Source: Atractiella rhizophila
Lineage: Eukaryota
Reading direction: 5' to 3'
Length of the DNA: 62,522 nucleotides
Assembly (NCBI GenBank): GCA_021432655.1
Contig: MU271454.1
Coordinates: 1 to 62,522, forward strand
Under the pieces are notes generated by a model. That model did no database searches. It was not told where the DNA came from and saw only the letters and a program-made list of their open reading frames with translations. Shown here piece by piece: positions 9,923-20,872 of this stretch (positions are counted from its first letter, which is position 1; the number at the start of each line of letters is the position of its first letter). The position numbers and the translations under genes are program-made.

Positions 9923-10344
9923 TGTTAGGGCTGACACTATGTGCGGTCGCTGATAGGCGATGCGTCTGTAGTGGAGATAAACCTAAGTGCATGATATGGC
10001 ATGGAGACTAACCTGTAGTGGAGATAAACCTAAGAGAATACTCTAAGGTCACCTCCACTACTCTCTGATCTATATATACAAGCGGAATAACACTGCCACA
10101 GAGCGTGGAGGAGAGCAGATGAAACATGTAAGAGAACTAAAAGGGGAAGTGACAGTGGGATTACGCGGAGTTAATAAGAGGAGGTTAGGCACAATGGGCT
10201 AAGTGGTGATGTAGGTGCGAATGGGCGAACGGGCGAACGGGAGACGCAGTGGCGACGGGCGCCGATTCGCAGGGAACACAAATGGGCGATAGGAGACGTA
10301 ATCCGGCGAACAGGCGCCGATTTGCGTAAGATGCAAACCTGACA
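9923..10344 (-). repeat. 5' LTR (422 bp) with TATA box at 10071-10078
   Basis: Direct repeat of 3852-4273; TATATATA; internal duplication of CTGTAGTGGAGATAAACCTAAG. Confidence 0.97.
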
Positions 10345-10394
10345 ATATGAAGCAAGGAGATGTAGAAAAATTTACCGCTAGAATAGTAGACCGA
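10345..10394 (+). mobile_element. continuation of the decayed target gag (right half)
   Basis: MKQGDVEKFTARIVDR matches gag MKEGDAEKFAAGILCR and continues 3605-3851 across the TSD. Confidence 0.8.
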
Positions 10395-10540
10395 TATTAG
10401 GGCAGACACTAAATGTATGCTCACCAATTGATAGATCTAAGTGGATATCATAACATGATGGGACAAACCTATAGTGAAGATAAACCTAAGAGAATACTCT
10501 AAGGTCATCAACACTACATGTTGATTTATATACATGTCGA
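10395..10540 (-). repeat. diverged LTR (R/U5 end) of a related family
   Basis: TATTAGGGCAGACACTA resembles the LTR end TGTTAGGGCTGACACTA; retains AAACCTAAGAGAATACTCTAAGGTCA and a TATA-like TTTATATAC; the far boundary is not recognisable. Confidence 0.7.
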
Positions 10541-11639
10541 GGGGCACGACCATGAACTGTAAAGTATGATCTATGAACATGTAGAGCAACTAAATCAGGA
10601 AGACAACAAAGGAAATAATCGGATATCCTTATATATAAAGCAAGACAGGTTTTAGCATGACTCAAACACGTACTTTTGAGCACTTCTCTCAACACCCACA
10701 ACAAGCCTGCCAGAAATCTGAGCATACCAGCAGAACATGCGTGTTGGCACCTTGCGAACCGTATACAACAAAGCTTATTTAAAGGACAAAAAATAATTGT
10801 CTTCATGACTGAGTAAAGTGACTGGCTTTGGTACTCGGGACAAGCTTTTTCTCACCTACTCAAAATAACTTGGCAATGTAAAGAGTCTGTGTGATGGTGT
10901 AGTTGGTGGTATGTGGGAATGTGAACCTAATTTGGCTTTTGGTGTTGGTTCAATTCTCTGTTCCCTCACATTTTATCACTCTTGAAGCTGTGGGTTCCTG
11001 TACACAATTTAATAGATGTGCAGTTTCCAAAGAAGTGTTATGAGTACTCAATCACTGATTATCTCTCAGCATGTTCCTAACAGCATAGTCAACCACTTTG
11101 TATTGAAAAACAGCGGAAACTCAATGTGGTCCCTTCAAGGGACGAGGGCTCACCCAACTTGTACGTTATAATATGAGGAACAATATGGAAGGGTGTCAAG
11201 ACAGAAACAGTGAGGATGCAGACCGGCAATATGAATGGATGTCCTGAGCAGCAACCTGTTCGTGGAGCTGCAAAGCGGCAGATAGCACAGGAGGAGGCAA
11301 AACGGCGATTGGTAGGAGCATAGAAGGACAGACTTGCACAGTAGAAAAACGGGTCATGTGACCTAGGTCAGGGCATTTCAGTAATGTATGGGAGCAAGCC
11401 TGCCAACACCCTCCAAATTGCTGACTAGTGTGGGTGAGTCATGGAATTTTGAAGTTAAGGTTTGCGACCGATCATTGTCTAGTGAAATGTATCAGGTCTT
11501 CCATCACTATCATCTTCTTTTCCTCCAAAATGTCTACCAACTCACAACTTTTTGACTTTGTTTCGATGAACAAAGATGGGAAAGAGAGTACGGTTTACTA
11601 GGATGTGCAGAAAGCAAAAGCAGTGAATTTGGACAATTT

Positions 11640-14600
11640 TGACTTCTTGCCATTCTCATCTGTGAATTGAGTCGACTGGTTCATCTAGGATCTCTCTCAA
11701 GGCCTTGACTACTTGTTCTTCCCGTTCAGGCACCTTTTTCACATGTTCCAGTATGCTCAACTCCGACAATTGTCTTGTGAGCACAACCGCGCTCCCAGTC
11801 GCGTTAATGGTGATACGATCCCTGTTGAAAAAACATTCTGGGAGTGTCACTACGTTGAAATTGTCCCAAGTCGCCAGTTTGTGATCCGATCGCCGACTGA
11901 GCCCATCTGGTTTTGTGGAGTTTCGTCCAGGACGATGTAAATCAGCGAAGTTGAAAGATGCAAGTTCAGTGATCCAGCGCACTTGTCGCCGATTCAACTT
12001 TTGTGGCATTCTGAAATACTCAATATTTTTGTGATCGGTAAAGATCAGAAATGGCTCATCAGTATCTTGAAGAAGGTGTCTCCATTCTTGCAGTCCAGCA
12101 TAATTGTGAGCATTTCTTTGTCATAGGTGTCATAGTTCCTCTGGGCAGCCTCGAGCGATTTTGATGTGAAACCGAAGGATGAAACTTCCCATCTGGCTAC
12201 ATTTGTCACAAAACGGTGCCTATTGCGAAATTTGATGCATCACCTTCGAGCAAAAATTGTCCTATCTGTTCGGGATGTGCCAAAACCGGTGCCGAAGTCA
12301 TGAACTGTTTCAAAGCAGGGAACGAACGTTGCTGGTCTACCCCCAGACCCAGGAAACCTCCATTTTGGTCAGTTCATATAAAGGTCTTGCGATGTGACTG
12401 AATCTGTCGCAAAAGCGGCGATAGAAATTAGCGAAACCAAGGAACATTTGGACTTCCTTCATGTTTTTCGGTTCCTCCCAATCCATCACTCCTGCAACCT
12501 TTACTGGTCCGGTTCAATCCCTCTGCTGGTAATGATCAATCCTAGATACTCTACTTCACTTTGACACCAAACACATTTCTGCAAATTAACGTACAGTCCA
12601 TTTTCTCGCAGAATTTGACAAACTTATCAAACACGTTCCCAGTGTTCTTCTTCTGTCTCTGTAGCAATCAGGATATCATTGATGTATATGAAAATGAACG
12701 CAGCGGCGATCATTGCACGAAAAATAGAGTTCAGAAAAGCTTAGAAAGTCGCCGGTAAGTTGCAGAGGCCGAAATACATCACCAGTGGTTCGAAAAGTCC
12801 ACGATTTGTGCGAAATGCCACTTTGTGCTCATCTCCTTCTTTGATTTGAACATTGTTAAAACCTTTCCTCAGATCAATCTTGTTGAAAACCTTCTTACCG
12901 GAGACCATGGAAAAGAGGCCAGCTTGAATGGGGAGTGGGGTCTTGTCTTTGACTGTGGCTTCATTCAGCTTCTGATAGTCAAAAATGGGATGAAGCTTGG
13001 ATGAGTCTTTTTGTATGTGAAAAAGACGGAAGCACCATGTTCTCCTGTACTGCAGCGAATATGACCGGCACTCAGTTCAGTGTCAATGAATTGATCGAGC
13101 GCCGCTTGTTCATGTCTTTTCAAGGGGTAGACAGGACCAGTATATGGTTGAGCTTCTGGTTTAAGGTTGATGGCATGCTCCCAAGGTCGTGGAGGAGGAA
13201 GTGGGATGTTGAATTTTTCATCGTCGAAAATGTCTGCAAAGTTGGCGATTTGCGCCGGTATGGGTCACTCCTTTCACCCATCGCCATTTCAAAAATCTTC
13301 ATCCAGGTCCTATGATTGAGTGACCCTCGTTTTCGGTGACTGGTCGGCGATTTGCGCAGATCGTCGTTCTTGTTCTACGAGACAAGTGTCGAAATACTCT
13401 CCTTGTGCACGAAGGTATTGCTCTTTGCTCATGGACTTCTTGCATTCTTTCTCTCTGTGCCCGATTTTTTGGCATCTTCGACAATGAGGGGGTCTGAATT
13501 TCGTTGCGTCTACCTCCGTGTCATTAGCTTCATGAGGTTGCGAAGCGGCAATTGGCGGCAAAGCCGCGCTCAGTCAGTACAGAGTGGGTCTGCTGTTGTC
13601 CTTCTGTCTCATCGATTTTGAGTAATCTTTCTGTGCTGAAGGGTGTATTTTGGGTCCCCCTCGTCGCCTATGAGATGCTCAGAAAGAAGCTGGAATGCGC
13701 GAATTCTTCCGCATCGATTCCCCACGTTTTTTCCTTCCACTCTTCAAGGGACTTGGGGAAATCACCTTGTATCACCTTAAGGTGTAGGGCAGGATTGAGC
13801 CCTTGTTTGAAGAAAGAATGTGAGTGCCTCATCATCAAAGTCTGCCTGATTGGCCAACTCCTCAAACTTGATGATGTAGGACTCCAGGTTGCCCTTCTGT
13901 TGAAGGGAAGACAGTTTCGTTTATACAATAAGTTTGTGGTCGGTTTTGCAAAAACGCGATCTGAACTCTGACAAAAATTGCTTCCACGAAATCTGTTCCT
14001 CATTTTCAACAAGTCGGCACAGTATCCCAGCTGCGAATTTATCAGCGTCTCCTTCCTTCATATACGACAGAGTAAATACAATTCTCGACCTTTCTGAGGG
14101 GAACTGTCCTGGGATGGCAGACACGTAGACGTAACTTTCGCAAAGAAAAGTCGACGCCAAGCTAGGCAGTCCTTGAAGATAGAGGGTAGGGCAAGTCTGA
14201 TTCCTGCATATGGTGCTACTTAGGCAGTTTGAGGTATAGATGGAGGAGAGTAAGTTTGAGGTGTTGGGCCTGTTCATGATAAAAAGGGAGAGGTGGTTCC
14301 ACTGTCTCTAGGAGGGGGCAGTCAAAATTCGATCGTTTGTGTTTTAGACGTTGGACCTCAGTTGCGCAATTTCGTTCGCATTCTGGGAGGTTTGCGCGTT
14401 TTGTTGGTTGAAACTTGATATAAGGTCTTGTTCGAGTTTTTTGAACTGCTTTTCGGTTGTGAGGTGTAGAGTTTGGAACATCCTTTCTCAGTGATGGATA
14501 TGTTCTTCACTTGCCAGCAATTCGCGCGTTTTCATATCTCCCCAAACCTCCAACATTTTCTAAGCTTGGTGTGTTTTGAAAAGGAAGAGAGAGTATTCTT

Positions 14601-14960
14601 CTGTTAGGGCTGATACTATGTGCGGTCGCCGATAGGCAATGTGTCTGTAGTGGAGATAAACCTAAGAGAATGCTCTAAGGTCACCTCCACTACTCTCCGA
14701 TCTATATATACAAGTGGAATAACACTAACACAGAGCGTAGAGGAGAGCATATGAAACATGTAAGAGAACTAAAAAGGGGAAGTGACAGTGGGATTACGCG
14801 GAGTTAATAGGAGGAGAATAGACACAATTGGGCTAAGTGGTGATGTCGGTGCAAATGGGCAAAGGGCGACCGGGCGCCTATTTGCACGGGAGGCGCAGAG
14901 TGGCAATGGAGATGCGATCCGGCGAATGGGCGCCGATTTGCGTAAGATGCAAACCTGACA
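11640..14960 (-). mobile_element. degenerate truncated copy of the chromovirus (5' LTR, gag, RT-RNase H; protease deleted, integrase missing)
   Basis: Co-linear with ~6246-7868 and ~8575-10344 of the intact element, with many CpG transitions, stops and frameshifts. Confidence 0.93.
14602..14960 (-). repeat. 5' LTR of the degenerate copy
   Basis: TGTTAGGGC...AAACCTGACA; PBS at 14590-14599; carries only one copy of the internal U5 repeat. Confidence 0.9.
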
Positions 14961-15151
14961 CTCAGCTACTGACATCAATGTCAGTGTCCTAGGTCGACTT
15001 TTACTTCTCCCGAGATGAGATCCCAAAGAATTTCTATCATCATTGTCTGAAAGGTACTAGTGGCATTGCAGAGGCCATAGAACATGACCAATTGCTTAAA
15101 GAGGCCCCAATTGGTGAGCAAGGCTGCTTTGTGTTCGTTTTCCTACCTTGA

Positions 15152-15530
15152 TGTCAGGTTTGCATCTTACGCAATCCGGCGAACAGGCGACGCAGCGTCT
15201 CCCATCGCCACTGCGTCTCCCGTTCGCCCATTTGCACCTACATCACCACTTAGCCCAATTGTGCCTAACCTCCTCTTATTAACTCCGCGTAATCCCACTG
15301 TCACTTCCCCTTTTAGTTCTCTTACATGTTTCATCTGCTCTCCTCCACGCTCTGTGGCAGTGTTATTCCGCTTGTATATATAGATCAGAGAGTAGTGGAG
15401 GTGACCTTAGAGTATTCTCTTAGGTTTATCTCCACTACAGGTTAGTCTTCATGTCATATCATGCACTTAGGTTTATCTCCACTACAGACGCATCGCCTAT
15501 CAGCGACCGCACATAGTGTCAGCCCTAACA
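15152..15530 (+). repeat. solo LTR of the same family with 5-bp TSD CTTGA
   Basis: TGTCAGGTTTGC...AGCCCTAACA is the reverse complement of the LTR, flanked by CTTGA at 15147-15151 and 15531-15535. Confidence 0.95.
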
Positions 15531-15599
15531 CTTGATCTTAACATTGTTGGATCCCCAGTGAATGTCAAGCTTGATCTTCTTGCCGCTGATTCGTTTGAT

Positions 15600-16800
15600 G
15601 ACGCCATTGAGGAGAGGAATAGGGTTTCAATTCTTGATGGTCATGTTGAATTAGACTAAGTTCCTTTCCATCCTTCTTTTTCATGAAGAAAACTAGATAT
15701 CTATGCTCTCCCTTCTCATGGTGTATCTTCCTAGTAGCCAGGTTCTTCTCTAAGATCTTATCCAACTCTCATTGCTCGTTCTTAGACATTGGGTACACCT
15801 GACCCTTATAAGCCTCTGCCCCTTCCTTAAGATCAATAGCATAATCCCGCTTCTTCCTCTCTGGGAGTTTATCATATTCCTTCTCATCAAAGACATCCGA
15901 ATATTGTTGCAGCCACTGAGGCGATCCTGTGTAGCCTGCTCTGGGTTCTTGGCCATTGATTCCTGAGCAAGACATTGGGATATTGAGGTTGTGGCAGAGA
16001 ATAAAGGGAGAATGGGTGATTGGGAGTGTGGATATCAACCATAGAGATGAAGTTGTTGAGCCAGGTGGACGTTCAGCTGGGATAGCTTCCTTCCTGAGTT
16101 TTTACATCAACACCGTTGAGTTTTGTCTGGAGAGATCCCCAGGAAGTTGGACATTGGGAACTTGATGCTTCCTTCTCTCCAGTCAATTGAGGGATTGTAA
16201 TTGAATAGCAAGTCGTAACCAAGGATTGTATCTACTGGTCCAAGTTCACGAATTGCAAAGGTCCTCTTCTCTGAATGATCTTTGGTGAGAACATAAAGGT
16301 CAACCATCTTTTCCATAGTGCTACCAGGTTAAGAGCACCATCGATGATATAAACTGGGATCCTCTGGTCCAGCCTGTAAGGTTGAAATTGAGGCGTTTTA
16401 AAGAAATGAGGACTGAGGAAAGATGTGGTTGCTCCAAAGTCAATGAGAGAGGTGATAGTTTCAATGGGACCATTGCTCAGGGATTGGAGTTGGATTTGGA
16501 TCTTCAAGCGATTCTTCATCTTGACTGTGCTAGTTGTATGAATAAATAATGATGTGTCTTGGGAAACAGAATGAGGAGAAATGTTGTAAGGGTGTAGCCA
16601 TTTCCCTGCTCACTATCCAATGAAGCTGAGGCCTGGAAGTGGGCGACAGTAGATTGAATGGCATGTTGGAGGGTGATTTAGGGCAGTTCGTTCTAGTGTG
16701 TCCTTGTTGACCACAGTTGTAGCAGACTATAGGGCTGGCATAACGTGGTATCTTCAAGCGATCAACATCCATTGGAATTGGAGGAGAAGGTCTGGAGGTA
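15600..16800 (-). mobile_element. old Gypsy relic (gag knuckle, protease, start of RT), different family
   Basis: Fragments CYNCGQQGHTRTNC, SLIDFGATTSFLS, ILGYDLLFNYNPSIDWREG, YSDVFDE..LPERKKRDYAIDLKEG, FFMKKKDG, with many stops and frameshifts. Confidence 0.85.
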
Positions 16801-17129
16801 ACAGTAGTATTTGTAGAGGGAGAGAAGAAGACCCAGGCACTGGTTTTGAGTAGTGGTGTGTTTTTATGAGATAGGACAGTGAGTGCTTCTTCCTATTGAG
16901 TTTTGAGATGCTGACACTCTTCTGTTTGTGAGCAATGGGGGATGCTGCCAAGTAAAGTGAACGTCCTAAGGGAACCAATCTGGATATCTCAGTCCAGTGG
17001 TAGGGGTATTTATACACAGACAGCCACAAGTTCCAGAATGTTCTAGCATACTCCACCCTCAATCCTATTTGCTATATGCCTAACAGAATCTTCTAGACCA
17101 TTCACCACATATTCCAGAACATGAGTCAT

Positions 17130-18300
17130 GCTACAAAAGCGAATACCGACAGCTAGGAACAACTTTTGAAGAAGATGTTGAAATTGCAGACTTGTTTGGT
17201 GATACAGGTGTCCCTTTCACGCATTGTTTCCACTGATCTTCCATCATATTTGTGTAGCTCCTGCTTGAAATTAGCAACTTGCGTTCTAAGGTACGGATGA
17301 GCATTTTGGGATTGCTAGTAAATTTGCAACGATCTGTATAATGCCCCAACTTTCTAACGTTTCTGTGCAGACTCCCGTCTTACACTTCAGTCTCATCATA
17401 TCAACATCCATGGCATTTAGGTCCTTTGACAACGAAGAGGATGTCTTGAGTGTTTAAAATTGGTGAATTTTCATGTTGTGCCTGCAAATCGAGAAGGAAA
17501 AGTAATGCCAGGTTGCTGTCTTTGCTTGAAGTCATGATTTCCCATCAGTAAGTCATAATCGATCTCTCTCACTTTTGCTTTCCATCCTGCCAGTGTCTGT
17601 AGTGGGCTGGACCTACTAACTTCAGCAAAAAGGTCAGTGCAAAGTTCTCGATTGAAGCAGTCCAGGAGTTCCTTATCGTTGTAACCGGAATCACACACAT
17701 ACTCATTGAACTCAATGATGAGCTGTTTGATCTTTTGCAACTTCAATTGTTGATAGGTGTAAAGCTTCATTTGTACAAAGCCTTTGCTATCTCCCTTGTG
17801 AAAGACAGTGAAAGTCGGCAACAAAGGTATCAAAGGTTATGTTGACTTGTTTGGCAGATCAGTGGCAAGGTCTGCAAGATATAATTCTGCCCAAGGGCCA
17901 GCAGAGACTCCACGCATGTAGGAAAGTACAAATGTGACTTTGGAAAGTTCGGTTGGGAAGGATCTTAGAACAGAGATGACAACAAGTCTGACTTGGTGGA
18001 TGCACACTTTGGCTTTGCAACTTCTCCACTGAACAGTGCTGGTTCTGCAAGTTTTGGCAAAAAGTTGAAGAAAAAAGTTGGCAAATCATGTATATATTGG
18101 GTGGAGGGTAGGATCAAAGGTGATGTTGACAAAGAGGTTTGTTGTTGCTCAAGCCTTGACTGCCACACTTCGAAATTGGCAATTTTTTGTGTTTGTCGAA
18201 ATATTATTTTGAACACCTTCAATCAAAACTTGTAAAATTTGAAAGGATGAACCTATCTTGCCAAAAAATTTATCAAACATCACTAGCGTTTGTCAATCAC
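17130..18300 (-). mobile_element. old Gypsy gag relic
   Basis: Gag-like IIEFNEYVCDSGYNDKELLDCFNREL...TLAGWKAKVREID and an MDVD motif near 17410; heavily broken. Confidence 0.6.
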
Positions 18301-19328
18301 TTGGGTGAACCCTTTCATAGAGAGGGTTGGTCTCCATTGTTCACCATGGTTGAATCTTGGTCATCGGCTGGTGGGTGATTTGAATGCTAAGGGTTTGGAT
18401 CCAGGAATTCAGAACCAGGGAACGACATGTTTGAGTTTGTTCTTCTGCCAGGGCAGACACAAAGATGATGTCGTGAAGGTAATGTGCTGGGTCACATACT
18501 ACAACACAATGTTCAGCAGACATCCTGAGAGAACAAACTAGGTCTCTTAGGAGCATTGTCCTCCCCTATTGACAAAGGGCTGCACAGTTACAAACTATGA
18601 CTCTGACTCTATCCAAGATAGGATGTAAAGGTCAGATGATATGTAGAGCAAAAGAGATGGTGAAACAGAAATGCAAAAATAAAGCAACATAAACATGAAT
18701 TGAACCTACAACTCTAAATAGACTAAAAATATGTGATCTGGGGCGATCCTGACATCAGTATTGTCCTTGCAGTAGGTGACACGACATGTTCACTGAATCA
18801 GCAATTTATAGAAGTCACATGATTTCGACAAGCCGTCAATTCACATTGTCGTCAACACATTCTATGTCATACTCACCCATGTTTGCGTCCAACTGTTCTT
18901 TGCCTTGAAGTACTGAGCAGCATTTTAAAGAGCCTTCTACCCTCTCTGTCCCTGTATGGTCTTGCCTGTTGCTTATATGGGCTCTTATGCCCTGCCTGCA
19001 TCAGCTCAAGTTTGTTCTGATTACAACCCAGGCCCACAAGTATGTACAATCCTTCTGCACACCCACAGGCATATACCCTACCACTCTGTTTTCATATATC
19101 AATTCACTGTGATACTTACTAAAGGAGCTACCTGCAAACAACGAGGGGGAAGCAGAACCAGAATACGGACCACTACAAATTCACAGTAATAAGGTTTTAT
19201 GTCCACCTGCACACACTAAAGATTACTATATTCACGCCACTAATAGGACAAAACTTGGACATCATCTTCAAAGCAAGATTGTGGCCAAAGAAAACACTGC
19301 CTACCTTCAAGCTGGTATGACAGAAAGA

Positions 19329-19385
19329 TGTCAGATTTGCATCTTATACAAATCGGTGCCCATTCGCCAGATTGCATCCCCTATC
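19329..19385 (+). repeat. short fragment of the chromovirus LTR (U3 end)
   Basis: TGTCAGATTTGCATCTTATACAAATCGGTGCCCATTCGCCAGATTG matches the LTR start with transitions. Confidence 0.75.
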
Positions 19386-19873
19386 AGATTGCAGGATCTC
19401 AATCATCACTGGTCAGAAAGACATCGGAACAAGTGCAATAGATGACCAGATGCTTGAGGTGTTTATATAAAACTTCAAGTAAATTTGACCATATGAGGAA
19501 TACTATATGCAAAAGTGTGAACTCGAACGATCTTTTACTAATATCTCAGCTTTAAAGTCCATTTCCCTTTCTTTTCTTATGAATACACATTGTCTATGTT
19601 GTAAAATTGTATATATAATTAGAAAGGAATCATGCTGCTGCCAGACAAGCTATCTTCCTTTCACCTTGTCCCATTAGTGGGTACTCCACACATACACGTG
19701 GTGCAAATACAGTTTTTGTTTTGTTGGACGTGTTAGCTGTGGACGGGGATGAGGATAGGTTTAGACTACGGTAGTTGTACGTTCGATGTAGCGGACGACG
19801 ATAGGGCTAAGAGAGGTAGGAAGAGAGGTTGACGGGGAGGGATGGAGGTGGAAAAGATGGTCCGCAGAAACCG

Positions 19874-20872
19874 TTAGACACGGTCAAAGACTGAACGAGA
19901 ACCATGTATGGAGACATGGATTAAGATAGGGTGTTGACGAATGTAAATTTGGAACGCTTCTGAGCTCCACCTTCCAATTTTCTGAATGATGGATTCTGGG
20001 ACACCGTTGGCCGCGAGATGGGTGGCTCCACCTGATCGAAGCGAGTGGCCAGCAATGTCGCTGCTGAAGAATCTCCTGAGCTGTCGTATGAACCACGAAC
20101 GAGTAGGAATTGATCCATCCAGATTCACGAAGAGTTCTGGATTGTAAGGATGTTCGATGTCCCTTCGTTTGAGATACTGTTTGAGAATGCCAGTGGGATC
20201 TAGAGTTTCGCAGTCCCTCTTCTGCAAGACACATAAGTTTCCCATAAATGTGCGGTCCCCCTTATGAGCAGGAAGCATATAGGAAATCGTGTCATCTGCG
20301 ATGTTGACTGAAGTGCGCTTGATTCGATTTCGAAAGTCGCGTTTCGAAACTTCGTCTGGGTCGACCAGCTCCCCCGCTCGATGCAAGTTATGCCAACCGA
20401 CCGCGACAATGCATTTGAATAGGGTGTCGTCGTAGCTGTCAGAGAGATGGCCGAATAGGAAAATAAGGTCTGATTCCATCAGGGGGCGTTTTCGATTCGT
20501 GGGAGTTTGAAAGCGCTTAAAGCATCCAGCCAGTGTCAACTGGACAAGACGAGAACGGCGGATGGCTGGCCATTCAGGGAAGTACGGTTCTATGAAAGAG
20601 GCGATTCCGGATAGATAAGATTTGACTGTTGAGGGCTTGACAAAATGTGACATATATACGATGTAGAAGGAAAGGGTGTCACGGGATGGTGTAAGGGAAA
20701 ATTTGTGTAGTTGGCAAAACTGGATGTAAGACCGTGCTGCTGAAGAATAGGCCTCCTTTGTAGCAGGGTCGTAAGCCAAGGCTAGCGTTGTAGCGCGCTC
20801 CTGTATAAGGCGCTCGCGCGACCAGGCCTTTCGGTGAGGCTGCCTTCCCACTGAGAGGCCCAAAAGATCCAT
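19874..20872 (-). CDS. tyrosine recombinase of the YR retrotransposon
   Basis: 332 aa; catalytic R (LHRAGE), K (HKGD), HSLR, GRW and Y (AFQIYIR) all present. Confidence 0.95.
   Translation of the reverse strand: MDLLGLSVGRQPHRKAWSRERLIQERATTLALAYDPATKEAYSSAARSYIQFCQLHKFSLTPSRDTLSFYIVYMSHFVKPSTVKSYLSGIASFIEPYFPEWPAIRRSRLVQLTLAGCFKRFQTPTNRKRPLMESDLIFLFGHLSDSYDDTLFKCIVAVGWHNLHRAGELVDPDEVSKRDFRNRIKRTSVNIADDTISYMLPAHKGDRTFMGNLCVLQKRDCETLDPTGILKQYLKRRDIEHPYNPELFVNLDGSIPTRSWFIRQLRRFFSSDIAGHSLRSGGATHLAANGVPESIIQKIGRWSSEAFQIYIRQHPILIHVSIHGSRSVFDRV

Larger units (their letters stand above)
3852..10344 (-). mobile_element. full-length Ty3/Gypsy chromovirus LTR retrotransposon, apparently intact and recent
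   Basis: Two near-identical TG...CA LTRs, 5-bp TSD ATATG (3847-3851 and 10345-10349), intact gag and pol with PR-RT-RH-IN-chromodomain order, PBS and PPT. Confidence 0.98.

Noticed and set aside
10700..11630. CpG-poor stretch between LTR relics, possibly another decayed element
   Set aside because: No translatable motif or terminal repeat that I could recognise.
16930..17135. TTCYAGAA-rich segment with TATA resembling a basidiomycete LTR (similar style at 2290-2440)
   Set aside because: No second copy or TSD in the window to support boundaries.
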